Below, one piece after another: positions 20,218 to 29,132 of a stretch of DNA of 64,000 bases (position 1 is its first letter; each line of letters opens with the position of its first letter). The DNA comes from an uncultured Gammaproteobacteria bacterium (GTDB lineage Bacteria; Patescibacteriota; Microgenomatia; Daviesbacterales; UBA10151): contig CAZAZW010000003.1 of assembly GCA_964489875.1 (NCBI GenBank), positions 13,585-77,584 on the forward strand. Direction: 5' to 3'. A program made the translations under genes and the position numbers. Below the pieces are notes generated by a model. The model was not told the DNA's origin. It did not search any database and was given only the letters and a program-made list of their open reading frames with translations.

Positions 20218-21636
20218 ATGCCGGAAAAACAACCATTTGACCTCCAACAAACGGTTAAAGGCATGTCTGATGCCGAACTTCAGCAATTTAACACTTGGTT
20301 AATTACAGAAAGATACCGAGTTCAGGCAAAAAAACTTCAAATTGATATGCCTCATGGAAATTTTATGCTTATGGATGGCAAAAAAGTTATTGACGACCTC
20401 CACCCAGATGGTGTTATCATCCCTCTTAATACTAATCCCCAGGAAGTAGAACCACGACTTAATCAAATGGGATCCTTCACTCAATATGTAGGTACTGTCA
20501 GTTTCGTTGGTCCGGATGGTAGATATTGGAAAGGAGTAGATTCTAGAGAGAATATCGAGGCTTTACAAAAGGCCTGTTATAACCCAGGATCAGTGTTTGT
20601 CTTTATAGGCGAAGACGGCAAATTTGCCGATCCGGCCGTACAAAAGGAATGGGAAACAATCCTTCATCCTCTTCCACAAGTTTCTGAGGAATCAAGATCA
20701 GCAAAGGAGGCTGAAAAACGCCAAGAATTAAAAGAAAGCCTTACTAAAAACTTAACCAGCGATTTCCGGGAAGAAGAGGATGGATTTGTACTGGAAACAG
20801 GGTCTTTCAAAGGGTATAAAATCTCCAGAGCTTTTCGGGGTGGAGCTCATGGGTATATCTATTATGCACAAACACCGGCGGGAGAACCGGCAATAATAAA
20901 AGTCGCAAAGGAATCCGCTAGTAAACCTTACTATCTTACTCTCCAAGAAACTAATCAAATCGAATACGCTGTTTTGGAGCATACCAGTAAACTTCTTGCA
21001 GAACACTATATGGCACCTCTTGTATCTATTCCGATAGCTTTTGACACCACCTCCTATTCCAATGCTGCTTTTAGTGAAAGTTTAATGCCGGGGGAGGCAG
21101 CATCCGATTTAATACAAAATGGGAGCAAGTACCCTCCGGAGGTTATCTTAAAAAATATATTCCGCATTAGTGAATTAGGAAATCTTTTGGCGGGAAAGGC
21201 ATTTCAATTGACATTACGAGATGAAGCCGTGCAGTTGGAAGTTTCCCTGGAAAGGGACCGTCGTCCGGATACAATCTTTTTAGACCCTAAAACCGGCGAG
21301 CTGACCGGCATCATTGATTTTTCCACTTCCGCCTATTACACAAAAGATTATGATTACTTACTAAAACATGCTTCCTCATCTCTTCCTTATCAATCTGAGG
21401 AATACACAAGGGCCGAGGAAAGAAGGAAACAATTGGAAATAAGGACACTGGAGGGTATTATGCGCCATGACTCTGAGAGAGGCGGAGTTAAAAGTATGGG
21501 CCTTATGGCTGAAAGATTATCCCGAATGGAAGAAGCTACTCCGGAAATCAGAAGCCTGTTTGAAAGGATGGCCGCCGGCCAAATACCTAACTTTGTGGCA
21601 GTCTACCAGGAGATAGTCAACCAAGGCTTGATTTAG
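20218..21636 (+). CDS. Protein with a C-terminal protein-kinase-like (ePK/APH-fold) domain
   Basis: Gly-rich loop FRGGAHGYIYYA; Lys motif PAIIKVAK; catalytic-loop-like ERDRRPDTIFLD; DFG-like IIDFSTS. Confidence 0.65.
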   Translation: MPEKQPFDLQQTVKGMSDAELQQFNTWLITERYRVQAKKLQIDMPHGNFMLMDGKKVIDDLHPDGVIIPLNTNPQEVEPRLNQMGSFTQYVGTVSFVGPDGRYWKGVDSRENIEALQKACYNPGSVFVFIGEDGKFADPAVQKEWETILHPLPQVSEESRSAKEAEKRQELKESLTKNLTSDFREEEDGFVLETGSFKGYKISRAFRGGAHGYIYYAQTPAGEPAIIKVAKESASKPYYLTLQETNQIEYAVLEHTSKLLAEHYMAPLVSIPIAFDTTSYSNAAFSESLMPGEAASDLIQNGSKYPPEVILKNIFRISELGNLLAGKAFQLTLRDEAVQLEVSLERDRRPDTIFLDPKTGELTGIIDFSTSAYYTKDYDYLLKHASSSLPYQSEEYTRAEERRKQLEIRTLEGIMRHDSERGGVKSMGLMAERLSRMEEATPEIRSLFERMAAGQIPNFVAVYQEIVNQGLI

Positions 21637-21662
21637 CCTGCAACCTGAAAGGTTGAGGCAAA
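21632..21662. repeat. Hairpin element related to the 33-mer family; contains the stop codon of the kinase-like gene
   Basis: tttagcctgcaacctgaaaggttgaggcaaa. The flank matches 6149..6181 but the loop is inverted (gaa versus ttc). Confidence 0.6.
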
Positions 21663-21716
21663 GGTTAAAGCACGAAATTCTAACAAAAATAGCCTGTTTT
21701 TAAACTCAATTTGTGC

Positions 21717-21722
21717 TAAAAT
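21717..21722 (+). promoter_or_regulatory. -10 box TAAAAT placed 6 nt upstream of ATG
   Basis: gcTAAAATatagttATG. Confidence 0.45.
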
Positions 21723-21728
21723 ATAGTT

Positions 21729-22031
21729 ATGAAAAAATTACCGGTTTTTTTAAAAAAATACTTCTGGGATGTGGATTTTGAAAAATTAAATCCGGAGAAA
21801 TATCCTTACTACATCATCAAAAGAATTTTGAACCATGGGGATCAATATGCTAATAAATGGCTATTCAGAAATTTTGATGAAGCAGCCATGAAACATAGTA
21901 TCCAGAATCACCGTGGATACTCAAAGCGAGCAGCAATATATTGGGGTAAATTTTTTCGTATGCCGAGAAGAAATATCATGTATTTTAAAAAGGGCTTCCC
22001 TAATCCACCCGTACGGCTCTGGCCATATTAG
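21729..22031 (+). CDS. Small conserved-looking hypothetical protein
   Basis: 100-aa ORF (LKKYFWDVDFEKLNPEKYPYYIIKRILNHGD). Confidence 0.55.
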   Translation: MKKLPVFLKKYFWDVDFEKLNPEKYPYYIIKRILNHGDQYANKWLFRNFDEAAMKHSIQNHRGYSKRAAIYWGKFFRMPRRNIMYFKKGFPNPPVRLWPY

Positions 22032-22138
22032 GCTTGACTATTCAAACAAGAAAACTAACTGAAGAATTGTTAAAGTAAAATCATCTATAAGCGAAGCTTG
22101 AAAACAAAGTATTTCAAGCAGAGCTTTCAAACTTTGTT

Positions 22139-22144
22139 TATAAT
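22139..22144 (+). promoter_or_regulatory. -10 box TATAAT placed 6 nt upstream of ATG
   Basis: tttgttTATAATggatttATG. Confidence 0.5.
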
Positions 22145-22150
22145 GGATTT

Positions 22151-25036
22151 ATGGCAGAACAAGTTTCTGAAAGTCCGTTAGTTGTTTTAGACCGGATTAA
22201 AGTCAACCAAAAACTGGGAGAGAACATGGATGTTCCGGGTGTACTTTCGGACGTTGGCCTGTTTGTCCAGATGGGAGTGACAAAGCTTCCCGAAACCTCC
22301 AAATATTTAAAAAACTTTGGCCTTCAAAAAAACGTTCGGACAACCTTACTTTATAGAATCCGTGAAGGCTACCAACGAAAAGATACAAAAGGAGTTTTGC
22401 AGGATTTATCCATTGCCGAAGCTATCGGCATGAGCGAAATGCCGGAAGTTGCACCCTATCTTTCTTACATCCAAACTAACCTCCAAAACAAATTCCGAGA
22501 ACCGGCACCCAAAAAAGCTGCAGTAAAAAAACCAAAACAGCGCCATTTAAAAAGAAAGCTTGCCCTGGCTGCCGCTACTGGCTTAGTTGCTTTTACCTCA
22601 CTTACAGGTTCAGGTGCCCCAATCACTAAAGCCCTAGACGATCTATTACATAAACAAAACACTACCCAAGCAAGCTCCAGAGAAGAAACCGCAGCAGAAA
22701 CAGGGACTACGTCTGAAACAAAAGAAGTATCTACCAGTCCGGATTTTCAGCAGCTGATCAAACCTTTTGTAGATGAAGCCATGAAAAGACGGGCTGAACG
22801 GGCAGCCAATGACCCCGAATACTACAACCGAGTAGATAAAGAGCTCAACCAGGACCGGGTTAACATTCTTCTCTACGGATATGGTGAGGAATGGAAAGGT
22901 GGGGAAGATATGGATCAACCGACTTTTGGATCTCACTCCATCTTCTCAATCAACTTAAAATCCGGCAAAATCGATCTTGTTTCTCCAACTCACGACACCC
23001 GGGCTCCGGAAATCGAACAGTTCCTGAAGAAAAACGGAAAAGAAGCGCGTCCGACCAGAATAGACCGGGCATATGATATCGGCGGGTATGATCTGATGCG
23101 GCAGGTGTTGGAAGATGCAACCGGTCTTTCAGTTGATTATCAAATCAGGGCTGAAGATACTCTTATCAAATATCTCGTTGATAATCTCGGCGGTATCAAT
23201 GTTGATATCCCTTTTAATGTAAATACAAAGCAGTTCCGTGACGACGGAAAGATGTATCCTCCGCACCAGTTCTCTAAAGGATCTCAGAAAATGGATGGTA
23301 TTACGGCTCTCCAATTTATTAAAGCCTGGTCAGACCCGGTTGATCCTGCCAAAGAGCGCAATATCCGAAAACATCTGGCGATGAAAGCCATATTTGATCA
23401 GGTCAAACAAAAAACAAAAGAGGGAGATCGGATGTTTGGTATTAACATGTTTTCTCTTCTGGCCACTGAAAACCTGAAGGGCAATATCGGATTTGATTTT
23501 GATGAAAAGCAGTTTATCTTTCCAGTGCTGGGAAATTTGGGAAAGCTGGGAAAATTGGATCTTTCTATAGAAAAAACCATCTTTGTAGTAGACCCGGCCA
23601 TCGGCGACGGGGGAGTTCAGTGGATCACTGCCAATGCTGCTGAAAATCCTATCACCCAAAAAGATATTGAAAATGGTGTATATGGCCAAGACTTGGCTAT
23701 GGAGATTCCTTTCAATGCCAATCCCTACTCATCAAATCTGGTGCGCGATTATTGGAAATCTGTCAGGGATTTGATAAGCAGCCGACTCGGCAAACCCCAA
23801 CAACCAACAGTAGGTAAACCAGAACCTGCTCCTCCAGCCGCCACTCCAACCTCATCACCATCTCCTTCTCCAACTGCCAGCCCGACACCGACTCCCACCA
23901 AAACACCGGAACCAACACCTACACCTGAAATCAAAACCTTTAAAAAAGATATCTTCAGGGAACAAATCGCCCCGATTATTTATAAAAAAATAGAGAGAAT
24001 CAGAGCTGAGCGGGAAGCCAATGACCCCGAATATTACCAAAGAATCAATAAAGAATTAAACAATGGGAAAATCAACATCTTAATTACCGGCGGCAGAGAA
24101 GATGATGATTTAACGGATTCTATTCAACTGTTTTCCTGGGATCCTGCCACTAATTCTCTCTATGTCATCTCTATCCCCAGGGATCTGCAATCCCCTGAAG
24201 TTTTGCAGAAGACAAAAAGCCAAATTGATTCTAAAATAAATCAGGCCACCCATTTCACCGCCAACACTGATCTGTTAAAACTAGCTGTGGAAAATGCCAC
24301 CGCCTTATCAGTTGACATGTACATGCATGTAGGTTTTAGCGCCTTTGAAGATACTATAAACAAGACAGTAAAAACGGTTGACGTTGAACTGGATAAGGAC
24401 ATTGTCGATAATGCCTACCCAACCGAAGATAATTGGTACAAGCGAATTGAATACCGAAAAGGTCCCAATAAACTAACCGGAGAGCAGGCTTTGGAAGTAG
24501 TCAGAACCAGACATATCGACAATGACTACGAAAGGTCTAAAAGGCAACAGATGATCATTGAAGCTTTAATAAAGAAGATACTATCTGATAATTTTTTCAA
24601 CCAGTTCAGTCATTTATCTACTTTAAGGGATATCTGGTATGAAGATGTCAAGGGCAAAAGCACCATCAAACCGGATTTTGATTTAGATGATCTATTTTTC
24701 AACGACTTAGGGCGTTTAGCACAAAAAATTCCGCAGATGGCTTGGGCCAAGCTTTCTGGGCAAGCCAAAATGGCCGAAATTCCGACCATTTTTACAACCG
24801 GCTTAACCAATAGAAACTTTGTGGTGGGAGCCGGTATTATAAGAAAAGACGGCACAGAAAGCTACAACACCAAAATTAGCGGTGGCAATCCCAATACTAA
24901 CAACCCCAGAAAAGATTATTGGGCTAAATCCCGAAATTTCGTCGACAACTTTATTAAAGGAAATGCCGGTGAACCACCTGAAGAGGAAGAGATTCAAATA
25001 GAGATCCCTACAAATTCAGAAAATCCAACCTCTTAA
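22151..25036 (+). CDS. Membrane protein with two tandem LytR-CpsA-Psr (LCP) domains
   Basis: Cytoplasmic N-domain and one TM (LALAAATGLVAFTSL). LCP1 begins VNILLYGYG ... and LCP2 begins INILITGG..SIPRDL... A PT-rich linker separates them. Confidence 0.8.
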   Translation: MAEQVSESPLVVLDRIKVNQKLGENMDVPGVLSDVGLFVQMGVTKLPETSKYLKNFGLQKNVRTTLLYRIREGYQRKDTKGVLQDLSIAEAIGMSEMPEVAPYLSYIQTNLQNKFREPAPKKAAVKKPKQRHLKRKLALAAATGLVAFTSLTGSGAPITKALDDLLHKQNTTQASSREETAAETGTTSETKEVSTSPDFQQLIKPFVDEAMKRRAERAANDPEYYNRVDKELNQDRVNILLYGYGEEWKGGEDMDQPTFGSHSIFSINLKSGKIDLVSPTHDTRAPEIEQFLKKNGKEARPTRIDRAYDIGGYDLMRQVLEDATGLSVDYQIRAEDTLIKYLVDNLGGINVDIPFNVNTKQFRDDGKMYPPHQFSKGSQKMDGITALQFIKAWSDPVDPAKERNIRKHLAMKAIFDQVKQKTKEGDRMFGINMFSLLATENLKGNIGFDFDEKQFIFPVLGNLGKLGKLDLSIEKTIFVVDPAIGDGGVQWITANAAENPITQKDIENGVYGQDLAMEIPFNANPYSSNLVRDYWKSVRDLISSRLGKPQQPTVGKPEPAPPAATPTSSPSPSPTASPTPTPTKTPEPTPTPEIKTFKKDIFREQIAPIIYKKIERIRAEREANDPEYYQRINKELNNGKINILITGGREDDDLTDSIQLFSWDPATNSLYVISIPRDLQSPEVLQKTKSQIDSKINQATHFTANTDLLKLAVENATALSVDMYMHVGFSAFEDTINKTVKTVDVELDKDIVDNAYPTEDNWYKRIEYRKGPNKLTGEQALEVVRTRHIDNDYERSKRQQMIIEALIKKILSDNFFNQFSHLSTLRDIWYEDVKGKSTIKPDFDLDDLFFNDLGRLAQKIPQMAWAKLSGQAKMAEIPTIFTTGLTNRNFVVGAGIIRKDGTESYNTKISGGNPNTNNPRKDYWAKSRNFVDNFIKGNAGEPPEEEEIQIEIPTNSENPTS

Positions 25037-25048
25037 GTACCACAGTTG

Positions 25049-25054
25049 TATAAT
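25049..25054 (+). promoter_or_regulatory. -10 box TATAAT placed 6 nt upstream of the recG ATG
   Basis: agttgTATAATtagcacATG. Confidence 0.5.
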
Positions 25055-25060
25055 TAGCAC

Positions 25061-27148
25061 ATGGATTTGAAAACTTCACTCTCAGGTCTTACCGGAATTG
25101 GACCCGGGCTTTCATACAGGCTCAAAAGGCTCAATTTAAATACTATTGAGGACTTAATTTACCACTTTCCTTTTAGGTATGATGACTTTTCTAATACCAC
25201 TTCAGCCCTGGATGCCAAGATAGGGGAGAATGTAACGCTGCAAGGGGAGATTTGGTCTATCCAGAATATTTTTACCAGGTCCAGAAAAATCATCACCAAA
25301 GCCGTATTTAATGACGGCACCTCACCAATAGAGTTAACTTGGTTCCACTCCTCTTGGCTGACTAAACAAATCCAGACAGGTGACAGACTACAGGTTTCCG
25401 GAAAAGTCAGCAAGTATAAAAATAAGCTTTCAATCATTGCCCCACGCTGGGAAAAACTCACCGAGACATTGACCCGCCGACCCACTGATATACCAACCAT
25501 CCATACTGGAAGGCTTGTGCCAATATACCCTGAAACAGAAGGCTTAAGCTCTAAATGGCTGCGGACAAAAATAGATAAACTACTGCCCCTGGTTATAGAT
25601 GAAATCAGCGATCCCTTGCCAAACCAAATCAGAAATGGGATGCTAACACTGACACAGGCCATTCAGCAAGTCCATTTTCCGGAAGATATACAGCAAGCAG
25701 AAAAGGCTAGGGAAAGATTGGGTTTTGACGAGCTGTTTTTTGTTTCGCTTGCTACCCAAAAAGCCCGCATGGAATGGAAGAAAAAACCCATATTGGAACC
25801 GTTAAAAATTAACCCAAAAGACGTCAAGGATTTTACTGATCATCTACCTTTTAAATTAACCGGCGCCCAAGAAAAGGTCTTAAAAGAAATCTTAGATGAT
25901 CTTAAAAAAGATCAGCCCATGAATAGGTTAGTACAAGGAGAGGTAGGCTCAGGGAAAACTGTAGTAGCCACCATTATTGCCTATTTAGTCCACAAAAATG
26001 GCTTGCGTACCTTATTTATGGCTCCGACGGAAATTCTGGCCTTCCAGCATTTTGAGACACTTTCCAAACTTCTCAAACCTTTTGGGGTAACAGTGGGAAT
26101 ATATACTGGGAGCAAGAAGAGTCAAGAGTCAAGAGTCAAGAGTCAAGGAAAAAAGAAATCTAGACTCTCGACTCTAGCGACTAGCCACTATTCTGACATC
26201 ATCATCGGCACCCATGCCCTGCTGTCCCAAAAGCTTGCCACTAACAATGTCGGGCTAGTCATTATCGACGAACAGCAACGCTTTGGAGTGGAACAAAGAA
26301 CTCTGCTTCGTTCCAAAGCCAAAATCCCGCATTTTCTGACTATGACCGCCACCCCGATACCCAGAACCGTAGCGCTAACTTTATATGGAGATTTGGATAT
26401 GTCGGTTATTGATGAAATGCCGGTGGGACGACAAAAAGTGAAAACATATCTTGTCCCGGAAAAAAAGAGGCAGGATTCTTATAAATTTATCGCCAAAAAA
26501 GTAGCAGCGGGGGATCAAGTCTATATCATTACGCCCTTAATCGAAGCTTCGGAAACTTTAATCACGGTGAAGGCCGCCAAAGTGGAATTTGAGAAACTTA
26601 AAAAAGTATTCCCCACTTTTAGCCTGGATTTACTCCACGGCAGGATGAAAGGAGCTGATAAAGATGCTGTTATCAAAAATTTCCGCTCCGGACAAACGGA
26701 CATCCTGGTTTCCACTTCCGTAGTTGAGGTGGGCATGGATAACCCCAATGCCACCATTATTGTAATTGAAGGGGCGGAGAGATTCGGCCTGGCCCAGCTT
26801 CATCAACTTCGAGGAAGAGTTGGCAGAGGAGAAAAGCAGTCTTATTGCCTGCTTTACACATCAAATTTCTCAAGTGACGAAAGCAGGCGCCTGAAATATC
26901 TGGAAACTACTTTTGACGGCTTGAAGCTCGCTGAGTTAGATTTAAAAATCCGCGGCAGCGGGGAGATCTTTGGAACTATGCAGTCAGGTAGGTTTGAATT
27001 TAAAATTGCCAGTTTCAGCAATATCACACTGCTTGAAAAAACCAGGCAAGCAGCCAAAGAATTATTGGTCATAGATCCCACCCTTGACAAACACCCGCTG
27101 CTCAAGGCAAAATTACAGGATATCGCATCAGAAGTGATGCCTGATTAA
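25061..27148 (+). CDS. recG: ATP-dependent DNA helicase RecG
   Basis: 695 aa. Wedge domain, GEVGSGKTVVA, DEQQRFGV, TATPIPRT, QLRGRVGRG. Confidence 0.93.
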   Translation: MDLKTSLSGLTGIGPGLSYRLKRLNLNTIEDLIYHFPFRYDDFSNTTSALDAKIGENVTLQGEIWSIQNIFTRSRKIITKAVFNDGTSPIELTWFHSSWLTKQIQTGDRLQVSGKVSKYKNKLSIIAPRWEKLTETLTRRPTDIPTIHTGRLVPIYPETEGLSSKWLRTKIDKLLPLVIDEISDPLPNQIRNGMLTLTQAIQQVHFPEDIQQAEKARERLGFDELFFVSLATQKARMEWKKKPILEPLKINPKDVKDFTDHLPFKLTGAQEKVLKEILDDLKKDQPMNRLVQGEVGSGKTVVATIIAYLVHKNGLRTLFMAPTEILAFQHFETLSKLLKPFGVTVGIYTGSKKSQESRVKSQGKKKSRLSTLATSHYSDIIIGTHALLSQKLATNNVGLVIIDEQQRFGVEQRTLLRSKAKIPHFLTMTATPIPRTVALTLYGDLDMSVIDEMPVGRQKVKTYLVPEKKRQDSYKFIAKKVAAGDQVYIITPLIEASETLITVKAAKVEFEKLKKVFPTFSLDLLHGRMKGADKDAVIKNFRSGQTDILVSTSVVEVGMDNPNATIIVIEGAERFGLAQLHQLRGRVGRGEKQSYCLLYTSNFSSDESRRLKYLETTFDGLKLAELDLKIRGSGEIFGTMQSGRFEFKIASFSNITLLEKTRQAAKELLVIDPTLDKHPLLKAKLQDIASEVMPD
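26119..26184. repeat. Heptamer-periodic hairpin (GAGTCAA x4 ... TAGACTC TCGACTC TAGCGAC) inside recG
   Basis: gagtcaagagtcaagagtcaagagtcaagg-aaaaaagaaatc-tagactctcgactctagcgactag. Confidence 0.8.
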
Positions 27149-27151
27149 CCT

Positions 27152-27346
27152 ATGGCAGGAGAACCGAAGAGGAGACATTCTAAAGCGCAAAAGCGAACCA
27201 GAAGAGCTGCAATTAAATTGGCAGTTAATTTAGTAACCTGTAAAAACTGCGGTAAATTAACCGTGCCTCACACTGTTTGCAAAGAGTGTGGATTTTACGG
27301 CGGCAAGGCTGTCACCAAAGAAAAAGTCCAAGTCACTCGCGCATGA
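27152..27346 (+). CDS. rpmF: Ribosomal protein L32
   Basis: 64 aa. RRHSKAQKRTRRA and CKNCG..CKECG zinc ribbon. Confidence 0.9.
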   Translation: MAGEPKRRHSKAQKRTRRAAIKLAVNLVTCKNCGKLTVPHTVCKECGFYGGKAVTKEKVQVTRA

Positions 27347-27708
27347 AGAAAAAATCTGACCCCCGGCACTTAAAAAGAGCCAAGCTCATGCAAGAGCTAT
27401 TCTCCTGGCAATTTAAACCCGATCAAAAACCAGCTCTAGAGATCCAGGAAATAATTTCTAAGTTGTCCAAAATCGATCAGTTAATTACCAAATCTGCACC
27501 TGATCGGCCAATTGACCAAATCAATAAAGTTGATTTAGCTATATTGCGTCTGGCAGTTTTTGAGATTATATTAGATAAAGGGGCACCTCCAAAGGTAGTC
27601 ATTGATGAGGCGGTGGAGTTAGGAAAAGAGTACGGTTCCGACTCATCAGCCAGTTTTATCAATGGAGCCTTGGGGAAACTGCTTGAAATAAAGAAAATCA
27701 AAACTTAA
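27343..27708 (+). CDS. nusB: Transcription antitermination factor NusB
   Basis: Start at the ATGA overlap with the rpmF stop. DLAILRLAVFEIIL, IDEAVELGKEYGSDSSASFINGALGKL. Confidence 0.85.
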   Translation: MKKKSDPRHLKRAKLMQELFSWQFKPDQKPALEIQEIISKLSKIDQLITKSAPDRPIDQINKVDLAILRLAVFEIILDKGAPPKVVIDEAVELGKEYGSDSSASFINGALGKLLEIKKIKT

Positions 27709-27945
27709 ATGAACACTGAAACAAAAATCATTCAAGCAATAGCAGAACATTTGGGTCTTTCTATAGAAGACCTAGACAGACATGCGCTTCTTAGAGAGGA
27801 ATTGAATTTAGGCCCAATTGAACTGCATGATCTGCTTTCCGATTTGTCCCAAAAGTTTGATGTCACTCTTAATCCTGAAGAGGTAGAAGATTTGAAAAGG
27901 ATAGACGATATAATTGTTCTTATTGAAGATAATTTATTAGACTAA
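27709..27945 (+). CDS. Acyl-carrier-protein-like four-helix protein lacking the phosphopantetheine-attachment Ser
   Basis: 78 aa of ACP length and pattern. The DSL site reads LGPIEL. Its position upstream of rnc matches acpA in Firmicutes. Confidence 0.6.
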   Translation: MNTETKIIQAIAEHLGLSIEDLDRHALLREELNLGPIELHDLLSDLSQKFDVTLNPEEVEDLKRIDDIIVLIEDNLLD

Positions 27946-28634
27946 TGCCAAACAATGATTTTACACAACTTCTCCGCCTGCTTGATATAAACTTCAAAGA
28001 TCCAAAACTTCTGCAGCAAGCTTTCTTACACAGATCCTATCTAAATGAAGTAAAAGTAGATATGCAATCTAATGAGCGCTTAGAATTCCTAGGTGATTCG
28101 GTTTTGTCCCTGGTTATCTCTTATTATCTCTATATTCAAAGAGGTGCGGACTCCGAAGGAGAATTAACCAACCTCCGGGCTCATATAGTTAAAACCAAAT
28201 CTCTCGCAGAAGCTGCAAAAAGACTTCAACTGGGAGAGTATTTGAAACTTTCCAAAGGGGAAGAGATTTCGGGAGGCAGAAACAACCCCCAGCTTCTGGC
28301 AAATACTTATGAAGCACTGCTGGGAAGCATATTTTTAGACCAGGGTTTAGAAGCCACCAAAAAAGTTGTTGATAAAACATTGCTGCCATTTTTTGAGCAA
28401 GAACTAAAAATAGGGCCACCCAAAGATGCCAAATCTTCTTTGCAGGAAATAGTCCAACAAAACTTAAAGGAGTCACCACATTACAAAATTTTGAAAACCG
28501 CCGGTCCTGATCATGCTAAACAATTTACTGTAGCCGTATACATTGGAGGAAAAGAAATGGGACTGGGCACAGGTAACAGCAAACAAGTCGCTGAAGAAAA
28601 AGCAGCCAAACATGCTTTACAGCAGTTGACTTAA
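27945..28634 (+). CDS. rnc: Ribonuclease III
   Basis: ERLEFLGDSVL signature plus a C-terminal dsRBD. Confidence 0.92.
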   Translation: MPNNDFTQLLRLLDINFKDPKLLQQAFLHRSYLNEVKVDMQSNERLEFLGDSVLSLVISYYLYIQRGADSEGELTNLRAHIVKTKSLAEAAKRLQLGEYLKLSKGEEISGGRNNPQLLANTYEALLGSIFLDQGLEATKKVVDKTLLPFFEQELKIGPPKDAKSSLQEIVQQNLKESPHYKILKTAGPDHAKQFTVAVYIGGKEMGLGTGNSKQVAEEKAAKHALQQLT

Positions 28635-28661
28635 GCTCGTGAGCTATATATACTTACACCC

Positions 28662-29132
28662 ATGCTAAAAATACGATTAATGCGAATCGGTGCCAAGAAG
28701 AAACCATTCTACCGGGTGGTAGTAGTTGATGAGAGGGCAAAAAGAACCGGAGCCTACATTGAACTCTTGGGTACTTACAATCCCTTAACAGAACCAAAAG
28801 ATATTAAACTAAAGCAGGATAGAATTGATTACTGGATCAAACAAGGAGCAAAGCTTAGTACAGGATATCTTAGAATAATCGGCAAAGCCCCCCAAAGGCC
28901 ACCCAGAAAGCCTAAGAAAGAAAAGAAAACAGAAGAACCAGTAAAAACTGAAGCAACTCTGGCAAACACCTCGGATGGTGGCGCCGAAGGCGACTCCTCC
29001 GAGGTGAATAAGGCTGAAGAAACTATTCAGAAAGACTCAGAAAACTCAGATAGCCAGAATGTCGGAGGATCTGATCAATCCGATACTCCGAGTCCTTCCG
29101 AGTCTTCTGAAAACGAAAGCGAATCCAAATGA
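28662..29132 (+). CDS. rpsP: Ribosomal protein S16 with a long acidic Ser-rich C-terminal tail
   Basis: MLKIRLMRIGAKKKPFYRVVVVDERAKRTGAYIELLGTYNP. Confidence 0.9.
   Translation: MLKIRLMRIGAKKKPFYRVVVVDERAKRTGAYIELLGTYNPLTEPKDIKLKQDRIDYWIKQGAKLSTGYLRIIGKAPQRPPRKPKKEKKTEEPVKTEATLANTSDGGAEGDSSEVNKAEETIQKDSENSDSQNVGGSDQSDTPSPSESSENESESK

Noticed and set aside
27344-27346. Alternative genetic code (UGA recoding, as in some candidate phyla)
   Set aside because: TGA functions as a stop at rpmF (ATGA overlap with the nusB start), at the fabF-like gene and at several pilin genes. Conserved proteins are full-length without in-frame TGA, so code 11 fits.
28900-29132. The acidic Ser-rich tail of S16 as decayed GAGTC/GACTC hairpin DNA
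   Set aside because: Scattered gactc/gagtc pentamers are present but no convincing arms or pairing. Low-complexity tails on ribosomal proteins are common.
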